From Leucoraja ocellata (taxonomy: Eukaryota), in assembly GCA_036785375.1 (NCBI GenBank), contig JAWMAR010001358.1, forward strand, positions 62,001 through 126,000: 64,000 nt of DNA, written 5' to 3'. The position numbers and the translations under genes are program-made. The notes beneath the pieces are model-generated. The model saw only the letters and a program-made list of their open reading frames with translations, was not told where the DNA came from and did no database searches. Shown piece by piece: positions 56,401-63,160 of this stretch (position 1 is the first letter of the stretch; the number at the start of each line of letters is the position of its first letter).

Positions 56401-56544
56401 AGTACGATTATAAATACAGTTGAGATACAAAAAGGATCAGGTAGTTTGTGCTCTTACCCAGTTCTCTGGACACTGGCGATTGTGAACTCATCTCTCCCAA
56501 CTTCGAAATGGCATCAAAATATATCTTGCCTGCTCCCACCATAG
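2350..56544 (-). CDS. BAIAP2L1: BAR/IMD domain-containing adapter protein 2-like 1 (IRTKS), 5'-partial: coding exons 3-14 (exons 1-2 outside the window)
   Basis: 12 exons with GT/AG ends and compatible phases (87,62,72,138,153,153,142,199,69,178,41,73 nt = 1367 nt, open to TAG). Translation has IMD motifs ([19 protein letters not shown]), [12 protein letters not shown]3 (IFPHTAG...[15 protein letters not shown]...RGWFP), PPPDY and C-terminal [27 protein letters not shown], as in recalled vertebrate IRTKS. Confidence 0.95.
2990..3174. mobile_element. Fold-back PLE-terminal element
   Basis: GACACAAAGTGCTGGAGTAACTCAG ... GAGTAACTCCAGCACTTTGTGTC inverted arms; 3' tail ...CAGTTCCTTCCTACAC. A further fragment lies at 2450-2521. 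Confidence 0.8.
3180..3575 (+). mobile_element. Rex1/Babar-type LINE 3' fragment
   Basis: [21 protein letters not shown] matches the recalled LTNFYRCTIESILSGCITAWYG motif. Related tails at about 3930-4090(-), 12445-12575 and 50450-50730. Confidence 0.7.
4860..5260 (+). mobile_element. Degenerate Penelope-like 3' fragment
   Basis: AACTCTCCATCCCATTCCCACTCTGAC and AAGCTTGAGGACAGAACCTCATT..TCTGGGCACA align to the 53150-53250 GIY-YIG tail. Confidence 0.65.
5325..5365 (-). CDS. BAIAP2L1: BAIAP2L1 exon 13 (41 nt): [13 protein letters not shown](S)
   Basis: Acceptor ttctttcag, donor gtaaga; NGT.KPPFLS motif; phase 0 to 2. Confidence 0.92.
6497..6802 (-). mobile_element. V-SINE (HE1-like)
   Basis: Reverse complement of the 32437 family: TTAGAGATACAGCGCGGAAACAGGCCC ... 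GGGAGAACGTACAAACT ... TACCGCTACGCCACC. Confidence 0.85.
6822..6974. mobile_element. Two PLE-terminal pieces in opposite orientation separated by repeated target sequence
   Basis: Plus piece 6822-6917 and minus piece about 6932-6970; CTTAACTRTRAAA at 6808, 6918 and 6976. Confidence 0.75.
7230..9230 (+). mobile_element. Old CR1 LINE (ORF1 end and ORF2 endonuclease region) with a younger CR1 3' fragment nested at about 7715-8290
   Basis: [23 protein letters not shown] (about 7641-7710) resumes as IAIT...[10 protein letters not shown] after 8310. The insert encodes [16 protein letters not shown] and ends in the GGGCTGAAGGGCTTGTTTC tail. Confidence 0.75.
9590..10340 (-). mobile_element. Degenerate Penelope-like element ORF 3' region (GIY-YIG), interrupted by a SINE/CR1 tail at 9779-9850
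   Basis: ORF track peptides [30 protein letters not shown] and [15 protein letters not shown] match decayed GIY-YIG motifs. The inserted tail is flanked by TAACATG(G)AAAC (9767-9778 and 9851-9861). Confidence 0.75.
14450..14515. mobile_element. hAT (Charlie-like) terminal fragment
   Basis: GCGGGCC...GGCCGC..GCCCG..GGTTGCCGACCCCTG end typical of CAGGGGTCGGCAAC-type TIRs; only one end seen. Confidence 0.5.
14882..15059 (-). CDS. BAIAP2L1: BAIAP2L1 exon 12 (178 nt): [59 protein letters not shown]
   Basis: Acceptor tggtttag, donor gtaagt; RSIS..NL.E and the PPPDY (WW-binding PPxY) motif. Confidence 0.94.
15676..15872. mobile_element. Fold-back PLE-terminal element
   Basis: Inverted arms CTGGAGTAACTCAGCAGGTC / GACCAGTTGAGTTTCTCCAG; imperfect TSD ATAAAYGAT. 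Confidence 0.75.
17870..18122. mobile_element. PLE-terminal fragments (degenerate hammerhead TTGAAGAAAGGTCTCGACCCGAAATGTC at about 18031)
   Basis: Similarity to the other copies in the window. Confidence 0.7.
18353..18557. mobile_element. Fold-back (inverted) PLE-terminal element with TSD
   Basis: Arms of about 70-75 nt (GACACAAAAAGCTGGAGTAACTCAG... / ...CAGTTACTCCAGCTTTTTGTGTC); TSD ACAATGAAGAA at 18339-18349 and 18558-18568. Confidence 0.85.
18600..19339 (+). mobile_element. Non-autonomous Helitron-like element
   Basis: Starts A|TCTCTATAC; 3' hairpin TGGGACCC-AAA-GGGTCCCA (19311-19329) a few nt before CTCG|T (decayed CTAG); no TSD; internal (TG)n at 19222-19270. Confidence 0.65.
21370..21455. 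mobile_element. Tc1/pogo-type MITE end
   Basis: GTGCCGGAAAATCGGGGGTGCACCTG followed by TA; the other end was not found. Confidence 0.4.
21575..21900 (+). mobile_element. Old DeuSINE (SacSINE1/AmnSINE-like) with L2-type tail
   Basis: GCTGCACTATTGGACATGCCATCCCTTAGATG..TTAAACCGAGG Deu-domain-like sequence; ACACTTCAAA..CTGTAAAGCACTTTG tail. Other copies at about 26590-26785, 35270-35600, 52935-53580 (split by the PLE), 55180-55265(-) and 57640-57960(-). Confidence 0.6.
22680..23200 (+). mobile_element. Penelope-like 3' fragment (ORF end, pyrimidine-rich UTR, terminus)
   Basis: [23 protein letters not shown] then C/T-rich tract and GATGCTGCCTGACTTGAGTTCCTCCAG terminus. Confidence 0.75.
24490..24558 (-). 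CDS. BAIAP2L1: BAIAP2L1 exon 11 (69 nt), SH3 C-terminal part: [22 protein letters not shown](S)
   Basis: Acceptor ctgaacag, donor gtaata; GWFP.SY SH3 motif; phase 2/2. Confidence 0.95.
25106..25552 (-). mobile_element. V-SINE interrupted by a hammerhead-bearing PLE terminus (25261-25389)
   Basis: SINE halves on both sides; insert CAGTCTGAAGAAGGGTCCTGACCTGAAACGTCACC; TSD-like ACCTACAA / ACCTATAA. Confidence 0.82.
26038..26154 (-). mobile_element. Short PLE-terminal insertion with inverted end piece, 14-bp TSD
   Basis: TSD AGTTAGTTATGGTT at 26024-26037 and 26155-26168; about 97% identical to the 53412-53503 terminus. Confidence 0.88.
26095..26132 (-). ncRNA. Minimal type-I hammerhead ribozyme motif in BAIAP2L1 intron 10, pre-mRNA sense
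   Basis: Minus strand reads GGGU CUGAAGA A GGGU-UUCG-GCCC GAAAC GUU GCCU: full core, 4-bp stem II with UUCG loop, 4-bp stem I including two G-U pairs, palindromic AACGUU. Confidence 0.65.
27258..27470. mobile_element. Fold-back PLE-terminal element about 100 nt downstream of exon 10
   Basis: GCTGGAGTAATTTCGCAGGTCAGGCAGCATCTC ... GAGATGCTGCTTGACCTGCTGAGTTACCCCAGC. A similar fragment lies at 28383-28550. Confidence 0.75.
27567..27765 (-). CDS. BAIAP2L1: BAIAP2L1 exon 10 (199 nt), SH3 N-terminal part: (E)[65 protein letters not shown](L)
   Basis: Acceptor ttctacag, donor gtgagt; IRTKS-type SH3 sequence. Confidence 0.97.
28800..28941 (-). CDS. BAIAP2L1: BAIAP2L1 exon 9 (142 nt): [47 protein letters not shown]
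   Basis: Lies within ORF 28717..28959; acceptor ttttccag, donor gtaagg; PPAP.GR...SPL.DMFN motif. Confidence 0.94.
30690..30842 (-). CDS. BAIAP2L1: BAIAP2L1 exon 8 (153 nt): [51 protein letters not shown]
   Basis: Acceptor tcacttag, donor gtgagt; end of IMD (WQ..C.DA..VP) and TPQ.SPMI linker. Confidence 0.93.
31213..31580 (-). mobile_element. V-SINE with a short LINE-tail insert (about 31353-31400)
   Basis: Same family motifs. Further partial V-SINEs lie at about 4095-4222, 17610-17732, 21000-21090 and 56130-56330. Confidence 0.78.
32065..32217 (-). CDS. BAIAP2L1: BAIAP2L1 exon 7 (153 nt): [51 protein letters not shown]
   Basis: Lies within ORF 32053..32256; acceptor cttccag, donor gtctgt; IMD signature [14 protein letters not shown]. 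Confidence 0.97.
32437..32740 (+). mobile_element. Near full-length tRNA-derived V-SINE (HE1-like) with CR1-derived tail
   Basis: A box TGGCTTAGCGG 32449-32459, B box GGTTCGATCC 32501-32510, V domain GTTTGTACGTTCTCCCTGTG..GTGGGTTTTCTCCG, tail GGGCTGAAAGCCCTGTTTCCGCACTGTATCTCTAAACTAA. Confidence 0.88.
34749..35152. mobile_element. Composite tandem/inverted PLE-terminal array inserted in a CR1 remnant
   Basis: Three terminal units plus TTCAAAGTAGGCAT and its inverse ATGYCTACTTTGAAG (twice); flanks CCCCWATTTACAAA at about 34735 and 35154. Confidence 0.7.
36878..37015 (-). CDS. BAIAP2L1: BAIAP2L1 exon 6 (138 nt): [46 protein letters not shown]
   Basis: Lies within ORF 36809..37021; acceptor tcttgcag, donor gtaggt; contains the IMD basic patch KKLRRK. 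Confidence 0.97.
37700..38470 (+). mobile_element. Fragmented CR1 LINE (RT and 3' end)
   Basis: Decayed KVPRGR, CKIMHLG and LGLFSLE motifs plus the CR1 3' tail. Other CR1 pieces at about 9240-9540, 12185-12440, 13660-13850, 20020-20380, 23900-24135, 31645-31860, 34250-34720(-), 35790-35970, 37180-37340(-), 44925-45070(-) and 54320-54625. Confidence 0.7.
38562..38633 (-). CDS. BAIAP2L1: BAIAP2L1 exon 5 (72 nt): [24 protein letters not shown]
   Basis: Acceptor tcttgaag, donor gtaagt; phase 0/0. Confidence 0.95.
39410..39860 (+). mobile_element. CR1/L2-group LINE RT C-terminal remnant
   Basis: [42 protein letters not shown]. Related copies at about 51510-51730(+) and 51810-52530(-). Confidence 0.65.
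40147..40208 (-). CDS. BAIAP2L1: BAIAP2L1 exon 4 (62 nt): (G)[20 protein letters not shown]
   Basis: Acceptor ctcccatag, donor gtatgt; phase 1 to 0. Confidence 0.94.
40350..41150. mobile_element. Cluster of degenerate PLE-terminal pieces (40350-40475 and 40845-41150), including the older CTGATGA-type hammerhead relic at 41045-41082
   Basis: CAGTT-CTGATGA-AAGATTAATGACCT-AAAATGTT-AGCT; GATGCTGCC..TGAGTT..CCAG motifs. Other relics lie at about 1-115, 4410-4500, 5140-5260, 5870-6000, 12590-12715, 25770-25890, 30420-30465, 44740-44860, 46070-46250, 48490-48680, 58255-58370, 60690-60772, 63670-63790 and 63915-64000. Confidence 0.65.
41279..41584. mobile_element. MITE with about 45-bp TIRs, PIF/Harbinger-like
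   Basis: AGGGCCTGACCCACTGTACAAGGTAATTCAAGAGCTCTCACGAG ... CTCGGGAGAACTCTTGAATTATCTCGTACAGTGGGACAGGCCCT. Flanks are TAA/TTA, or TA/TA if the TIRs are one base longer, so the superfamily is uncertain. Confidence 0.8.
42108..42512 (+). mobile_element. Penelope-like 3' fragment with degenerate hammerhead
   Basis: ATGAACATTGGATTTTCCAATT (MNIGFSN), C/T-rich UTR, then CAGTTTGATGAAGGGTCATGACCCAAATCGTCACC at about 42446. Confidence 0.75.
42605..43098. mobile_element. Non-autonomous hAT transposon with a perfect 8-bp TSD
   Basis: TIRs TAGGGTTGCTAAC / GTTGGCAAACCTA; TSD GCTGCCAC at 42597-42604 and 43099-43106; GC- and CpG-rich interior. Confidence 0.9.
45302..45429 (-). mobile_element. Short PLE-terminal insertion (hammerhead with 3-nt insertion), 12-bp TSD
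   Basis: TSD ACATTTATTGTT at 45290-45301 and 45430-45441; same young subfamily as 53412 and 26038. Confidence 0.88.
49290..50376 (-). mobile_element. CR1 LINE 3' portion (RT domain), decayed
   Basis: ORFs 49959..50288 ([20 protein letters not shown]...FADDAK...KWQMKFS) and 49590..49808 ([13 protein letters not shown]...[14 protein letters not shown]); CR1 3' tail near 49300-49350. Confidence 0.92.
52849..52876 (+). mobile_element. 28-nt extreme 3' end of a PLE with a 13-bp TSD
   Basis: CTCCAGCATCTGCAGTTCCTTCTTAAAC flanked by ACATAGCCATGTT (52836-52848 and 52877-52889). Confidence 0.8.
53094..53505 (+). mobile_element. Young 5'-truncated Penelope-like retroelement: GIY-YIG C-terminus, pyrimidine-rich UTR, hammerhead-bearing terminus, 11-bp TSD
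   Basis: Translates [67 protein letters not shown] (TAG 53298-53300). TSD CTCACATATAC at 53083-53093 and 53506-53516. Inserted into a DeuSINE. Confidence 0.9.
53411..53447 (+). ncRNA. Minimal type-I hammerhead ribozyme motif (PLE-associated), GUC site at 53439-53441
   Basis: CTGAAGA 53414-53420, extra A, stem II GGGT/GCCC with TTCA loop, GAAAC-GTC. Stem I is weak (2 bp, 2x2 loop, 2 bp). Confidence 0.65.
55370..56100 (-). mobile_element. Penelope-like GIY-YIG remnant split by a V-SINE (about 55545-55978), itself split by a PLE-terminal piece (about 55684-55797)
   Basis: Minus-strand peptides [17 protein letters not shown] (about 55990-56042) and [12 protein letters not shown]...[10 protein letters not shown] (about 55380-55460) flank the SINE. 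Confidence 0.75.
56458..56544 (-). CDS. BAIAP2L1: BAIAP2L1 exon 3 (87 nt): (A)[28 protein letters not shown](G)
   Basis: Acceptor ttttaacag, donor gtaaga; IMD helix sequence. Confidence 0.95.
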
Positions 56545-56879
56545 CTGTTAAAAATCAATAGAAAAAATTATTTTGACATATGGCCTTTTAATTATTTCGG
56601 CACGTTTCACAGACAGTACAAGATACCAACAAGAGCAAACCTGGTATCTCACGAATGTTGTATTGCAAGGAATTTCTGAGAATCATTACAACTATTTTAG
56701 TTACATAACAAGTATATAAAACTACACTTGAATTCCAATATACCAAATGAAGCGCATGTGGCTGGGTGGATCAAAATTAAGACCAGAATTTACATAGTAC
56801 CCATCACACCCAAAGCTGTCACAAATACTGTAGTCAAAGAGAGCAACATTAGCAAACAGGACTGGCAGGTGCACGGAAA

Positions 56880-57640
56880 CAATTGAAGTTGGTTTAAACT
56901 GCTTTCATTTTAATACTAGAGGTTTAATAGGTAAGGCGAATGAACTCAGGGTGTGGTTTGGCCCTGGGCAATGGGATATTATATCCATAACAGAAACCTA
57001 GCTGAGAGAAGGCCAGGTCTGACAGCTCAATGTTCCAGGATACATAGATGTGATGGAGATGCAAGGGGAGGGGGTGGTTGGCTTTTTGGTCAGGGAGGAT
57101 TAGAGGGGATATTCTTGGGGGATCACCTACTGAGGCAGGATGGGTATACTTAAAAACGGGAGGGGAATTATCTCTTTTAGGGGATTGTATTTGCAGCTCC
57201 CAATAGTCAGCATCAATTAGATGAGCAGATATATAGGGAGATTGTAGATTGACGTAAAACTAATAGGGTGGTATTAGCATGAGATTTCAACATCCGTAAT
57301 ATTGACCCCCCCCCCCTCCCCCTAGTGTAAACGGCTTGTATTGGGATAGAATTTGTTAAGTGACCAAAATAATCTTTCTTGACCAATATATAAATGGCCC
57401 TACAAGCGAGGGAACACTGAACCTCCTTTTGGGAAACAAGATAGAACAAGTGATTGAAGTGTCAGTGGAGGAGCACATTGGGACCAGTGATCATAACTCA
57501 AGTAGTTATGGAGAAGGATAGGACTGACCCACAAGGTTCTAAATTGGGGAACAGCTAATTTGAGAGGCATTAGGGGGAAACTTGCAGAGGTCGTTTGGGA
57601 GAGTGTGCTTGTAATGTAGGAGATGCAGCAACCAATTTAC
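56880..57640 (+). mobile_element. CR1 LINE ORF2 endonuclease remnant
   Basis: Decayed ..YFN.RGL.GKA.ELR.W, IT ET*L, GGGGGW, DFN, and EHIGTSDHNS motifs across frames. Confidence 0.7.
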
Positions 57641-58481
57641 AACCATGTGGTCCCAAAATAACAACTTACTATTATCCAAATAATCTATTTTAATCATATT
57701 GACCAAGGGAAATATACAATGTACATTATACATTGTATAACACAATGGAACACTTCCCTCATCTTCAATATCCTCATCAAGCTGAGAGAGTAGGTAAGGG
57801 GTCATTTGACCATCTCATCTAAAAGCAGCATTTTGGGCAATGTAACGCACAATAATACAACGGGGTAACGTTTTGAGCTCAGGAACTTTCTTAGTCGTCC
57901 AAGTCAAAAAGATAGTGATGCTGACAAAGCCACAGCTGACATCTATATATTTTATTTTCAAGTTTGCAAACACTGCAAACCCATTACAGTAACTGAAAGT
58001 ATATATGCAGCTAATCCTTCTTAAAAGGTAAAGAATTGAATTTTTTGGATGGAGTGACTCCAGTTACTTTACAGTATTATATGAAATAAATCTTGGGTAG
58101 AAATGAGTCTCAAGTCCATTGCACGCTAAGTGAAATATTCCTTCCTTTGAGGTTTCTCTTCCTATTCAAGTATTTTATCAATTTAAGATTTGGCTTTTCA
58201 AGGGCTATTGAGGAGAGTAAACACAAGACAAAGTTTAATTGTTTTTTTGAAGTCACAAGACACTGCAGATGCTGGAATCTGGAGTAAAAAATAAACTGCT
58301 GAGGAACTCAGTGGGTCAGGCAGCATCTATGGAGGCAATGTTGTGTGTTGAGACCCTGTATTAGGATCGAGATTGGAGCGGGCAGAATGTAAATTATACT
58401 GGGCATCTCATGTTTTACTATTAGTGCTGATGCAACCAACCTGATACTTAGACCTCAACCAAAATGCTGTAGATACAGTAT

Positions 58482-60863
58482 CAGGGCTCTCACTTAACTT
58501 TTTTCCCCTGTTGCCAGCCGGGCAGCTTTGACAGCTTTTTAGGTTGCTAAATAACAGTTTAGGTGGTCAATTTAAGACGACTTGCATGACGCGTGTGATA
58601 ATGTGCTCGAACGAAGTGCGTAGTTACCAGTCGGAATTATACTCAATGAAGCATTCACATATTATTTCTGCTTCTAATAATGTCACAAACTAAACATATT
58701 CGCCAATCAAGACATGATATATACCACAATGACATGCAGCAAAGTTACAATACCTTTTTACACATTGCAATTAATGCAATTTCTATTATTTCTTTCTACT
58801 TCCCAACAAAAATGTGGTTGGATTATTCAGCGTATGATCAACCTGTGTCAATAAATCCTGGACGATGGTAACATATATGCTTAACCATGCACACTACAGA
58901 TTGATGCAAGCATGTTTTCCGTGAAGGACCGAAAATTATCATGACATGGCCATAGCATGGGTCGTTATTGCTATTGGTACAGAAACACTCTCGCTTCCCA
59001 CATAATTTATCCACAACAAAATATACAGGTTGCAAAGAAATTTCTAAAGGCATTTTATGATAATAGCTGTTAAAACCGACTATACCCATCTGATAAGTTA
59101 AACATTACACTAACTGACAGTAGATGGCCAAAGGACATAACTGCATCAAATGTTCTTTTGGTAATATGTTTAAAGGTGTCAAAATGCCACATTCCAGGAA
59201 TTTCAGATTAAATGTATGTGTTATGAACATCAATGAAGATACCCTGTTTGTATGCACCAGGTTTAAAAAAAATTATTGATAAACGCTGTTTCAATCATCC
59301 CCACTTCACAATTAACGTTAAAATTTCAACCGAAATATCTGCTGACCAAATTTGTGCTGTATATGACCGACAGTAGAAGTTAAACCTGGATAAATCCAAC
59401 GTATAGTTGTGAATGTTGCTCATTAAATAACAGTACTGATACTCCATATTAAGAGCATTGATTTGCTGTTAAAATGAATTCTGTAATAACATGTCAACGG
59501 TAGCTGTGACAATCGAACACTGCGGTTTAAATGTTTCACATGTTCACAATTTAATTAACGCATCTTTATGGATTAAAACAAATAATAACATTGGGATGTA
59601 AAACAAATTTGATTGCATTCCGTTATCAAACATAGTCAATTTTTGCTCTGAAGACATTTCCAGCACAGTAGGGTGGGGGGGCTGTGAATCAGTGTGGGAT
59701 GGATAAATGGCGGGGGGGGGGGGGGGGTTAGAAGGCAAGGTGCGGGATGGATGGATTGAGGCAGGGGAATTAGTGCGTGTTGGTTGGAATATGTAAAATT
59801 GTGAGGGGAGAGCGCGGGGGATGTCAGTGGGGTTAAATGGGGTGGATCAGTACAGGATTGACGGGGGGGGGGGGGGCATCAGTACAGGATGAATGAGGGG
59901 ATCAGTACAGGATGAATGGGGGGAGGCAGTGCAGGATGGATGGGAAAGGGGGTGAGTACAGGATTAATTGGGGGACCAGTGTAGGATGGATGGGGGGGGG
60001 GGGGGGGGGGGGGTGGCAGGAGAATCAATGCTAGGTGGATAGGGAGATCAGTGCAGAATGAATAGATGGGGGCGGGAAGGGGGGGGGGGTAGATGGGGAG
60101 GGGAGCACAGGGGATGTCAGTGAGGACTGAATAGAGTAGAGGCGGGAATGGGGATCAGTGGAGAGGAGGGGTCCCAGGATAAGGAGGCGTACATGAGAGA
60201 GAGAGGGGGAGGGGGGGTAAGAGGTGGGGAGGAAGGAAGGTCAGCGCTCATCGGACATGGACGGTATCATCGCCCTGCTGCCTTGGCCGTCCCTGTCCAC
60301 CGCCAAGTGCCACCGACAAAGGGGGAGGCAGTTGGGATCTCCTCGCCAGCGCCTCCCCTCCTCCGCCAGCCAACAGAAGGTGTGGGGCCGAGCGGTGCAA
60401 CTGCTTCAGACGGTGGAAGGAGGCCTCCCCCTTCCTTCCCCCTTCCCGTCCTCGGCGTGCGGGTTTGTTTTGAAAGCGGTTATCGCTGTTAGTGGATTGG
60501 CAAGCAGCGGCCGCTATCAGGGCGGGCGGGGTGCTGGAGGAGGAGGAGGAGCCGCTATCGCTGCCGCTGGCAAAGATCCAATAGGATCTTTGGCCGCTGC
60601 TGTGCGGGGCCTGTCATTCGCTCCGACCCTCCGCCACCCCACACCCCGTATCTTTGCTCCGCACTACGTCGTCGCCACCGACAGGAAACATCGCGTTCCT
60701 TTTCTCCAGAGACGCAGCCTGACCCGCTGAGTTTCTCCAGTTTTTCGTGTCCATCTTCGGTATAAACCAGTGCCAAACCGGGCAAAATGTCTCAGCATTT
60801 AGGTTGCCCGGCGGCACTTTGGGTGGTCATTGGCACCCGGGCAACCGCTAATTTCGAGCCGTG
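58482..60863. mobile_element. About 2.4-kb non-autonomous DNA transposon with a 5-bp TSD (hAT5-like)
   Basis: Ends CAGGGCTCTCACTTAAC / GCTAATTTCGAGCCGTG; AGTAT on both sides (58477-58481 and 60864-60868); subterminal TTGCC/GGCAA repeats; no intact transposase seen. Confidence 0.72.
59670..60230 (+). repeat. G-rich minisatellite inside the DNA transposon (unit about GGGGATCAGTRCAGGATGAATG) with poly-G runs
   Basis: Repeated CAGTACAGGATG/CAGTGCAGGATG units; G run at 59992-60013. Confidence 0.85.
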
Positions 60864-62342
60864 AGTATCCACAGATGACCTGCCGAGTTCTTCCAGTCTT
60901 TAATTGTTTCCTTGACTGTCGATAGCTTAGTGCTAAAGTAAAAATTTCAAACCCTGGTATATAAATAAAGTCTTTATTTAAGTATATGAAATGGCCCAAT
61001 TGCCATCTTTTCAAATCACAAGTTTACAAAGAAATACACCCATTATTCAGCTGGGACTAAAACCATAGAATAAAATGATAAAGATCAGGATAAATTCCTT
61101 TGATCAAGGCAAGTTTCAAATTATTCGCATTCTATTAAGTTCACTTAGCAAACTAATCTTGACATAATGAAAAGAATGGAAATATTATTTTTTTGAGGGC
61201 TGGGTCTCCTTTTGGACCAACTAGGAATAGAGCTATTTTTCTACAGAGCACTTACTAAACGTAAAGCATAATTTCATAATTGCATTTTGTAAACCCCAAC
61301 TTGCAGATTTAATTGACTTATTCCTCATGGAATAAGAACAAAAGCTATGTAAAAAGTTTAAATTAGATTTTCTTTAAAAATCTTACAGAATGTCAGCTGC
61401 TCTTTTTAAAAAAAAAAAACAGTAATAACTGGAGGATTTCTAATTTTGTCTTTAAAAAAAAGGCAATGTGTAAAAATGTGGTTAGAAAGTCTTTCATTTT
61501 TTTTCATTAGGTCTCTATTGCAGCTCAACTATAATTGGAAAGGGACCTTTCAACAATTAAGATGAACTCCCGAGAATAATTACAATTAATTTATTTCCCT
61601 TAAATGACAACAACCAGACCAAAAATAGCTTGCATCTCTTTTAATCAGGGATAGATATCTTTTAAATATCCTGCCCAATTAACCGGTAGCAAGTACTTTT
61701 TTTGAAACAAGGGCATAGCTAAAGGCTGGATAAAAACCAATTTCCATTGTGTGCAACATGGCATGTCATAGATTTAATGGTGGACTTCACCAGGAGAAAG
61801 TATTGTTCCTTAAACATGTCTGCAAGGAATTTGAATTAGCCCAGTCATTCTAATTACACCAGCATTAATTTCATGACTTTATATTAGGATCAGACTTCAT
61901 CCAACTTCTTTGCCCATTTAATAGTTTCAGATCTTCAAGGTACATTGATGTTTTGCGATATGCATCTTCAATTTACAAAATTATGTTGTCCTATAAAGAT
62001 TAGTGAGCACAAGAATTCAATGCATCAGATTTCCTATACTACATTCCACACAGCCTTTTCAGTTTACAAACGTTTATTGCAGGAAATGTTTTTGTAAGAA
62101 TGCGGCCTCTTATAAATTGAGTAATGACTGTACCCTTACTGAGAATAAAGGACTGGTCTAATAAAGCAGGTGACCTATCCCTATAATTTCCTAGATATAA
62201 TTACCAATTTTTATGCAAAATTATCCCATGGTTATTTCCTCACTAAACTGATAGAATGCAAATTGAGAGTTAAGGCATGATTGAACACTAAAGTTAACTC
62301 TATTTGGAACTCAACACTAGTTCCAGAATCAAGCTATATTTA

Positions 62343-63160
62343 TGATGGCGGACTGCAGGGGTGATGCGCCGTTGTGTATGGCTGCTCCTCCTGCAGTCCG
62401 TCCTTTCACCCTTTTTTATTTTTAGTCCTGTCCGTACAAAATGTTTATTGGAGGTCTTCTTTTATGTGGTGGGTGGGGGGAGGGGAAGGGGGAAACTGTT
62501 TTAATCCCAGTCCTACCTGGTCGGAGATGCGGTTTTCTTCCGAACCGCATTTTCGTCCTCTCTGTGCGGCCTACCATCAAGCTGGAGCAGCGTTTCCTGC
62601 CGGGACTGCAGCTTCGCCGGCGGTGCAAATGCTGGGACACCAACATCGTTGAGCTGCGGCTGCAGAGCGTCCAGCCGCGGGCGGACGGCACTGGATTTTC
62701 AACACGGCGGGGCCTGGGATCCGAGATCGCCAGAGTCGGAGGTCCGGCCGGCGCGGCCTGAGAACTTTGGACATTGCAGTCTTCGGGGAGGAAGCGGCCG
62801 CTTCAGTCCAGGCCGCTGAAGAATGTTCACCCGACGCCGATGATCCAGCTTCGCGGCAGAGGGCCTGACAACATCGGGTTGGCTGAGGAGGCCACATATA
62901 GACCCCGACCTCGGGTGGACTATGAGGGGGAGAACTGGATATTTTTAGTGCCTTCCCTCATAGTGAATTCTGCTGTGGGGGGACGTTTCTTGTTGATTTC
63001 TATAGTGTACTGTTCTGTGTTTCTTTTTCTTTTTTCTTTTTTCTGGATTTATTGACATTTAATCTATTCAATTAGTTTAATCAATCTCTGTAAAGCACTT
63101 TGGTTCAAAGCGATTTTGTTTAAAAGTGCTATATAAATATTATTATTATATTATTATGGT
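62343..63160 (+). mobile_element. GC-rich non-autonomous retroposon with an L2-type 3' tail
   Basis: Starts GATGGCGG, CpG-rich body, ends TGTAAAGCACTTTGG...AAAAGTGCTATATAAATA followed by (TTA)n. Confidence 0.6.

Noticed and set aside
59670-60230. CRISPR-like repeat/spacer array
   Set aside because: Degenerate G-rich minisatellite in vertebrate DNA; no unique spacers or cas genes.
60148-60817. Overlapping GC-rich ORFs (also 18802-19178, 42537-43050, 62374-63055)
   Set aside because: Long ORFs are expected from high GC content inside non-autonomous TEs; no recognisable domains.
60845-60868. RAG/Transib-like end (CAC plus 5-bp TSD)
   Set aside because: The other end is CAGGGCTC, and there is no heptamer/nonamer arrangement or transposase; a mutated CAG terminus is simpler.
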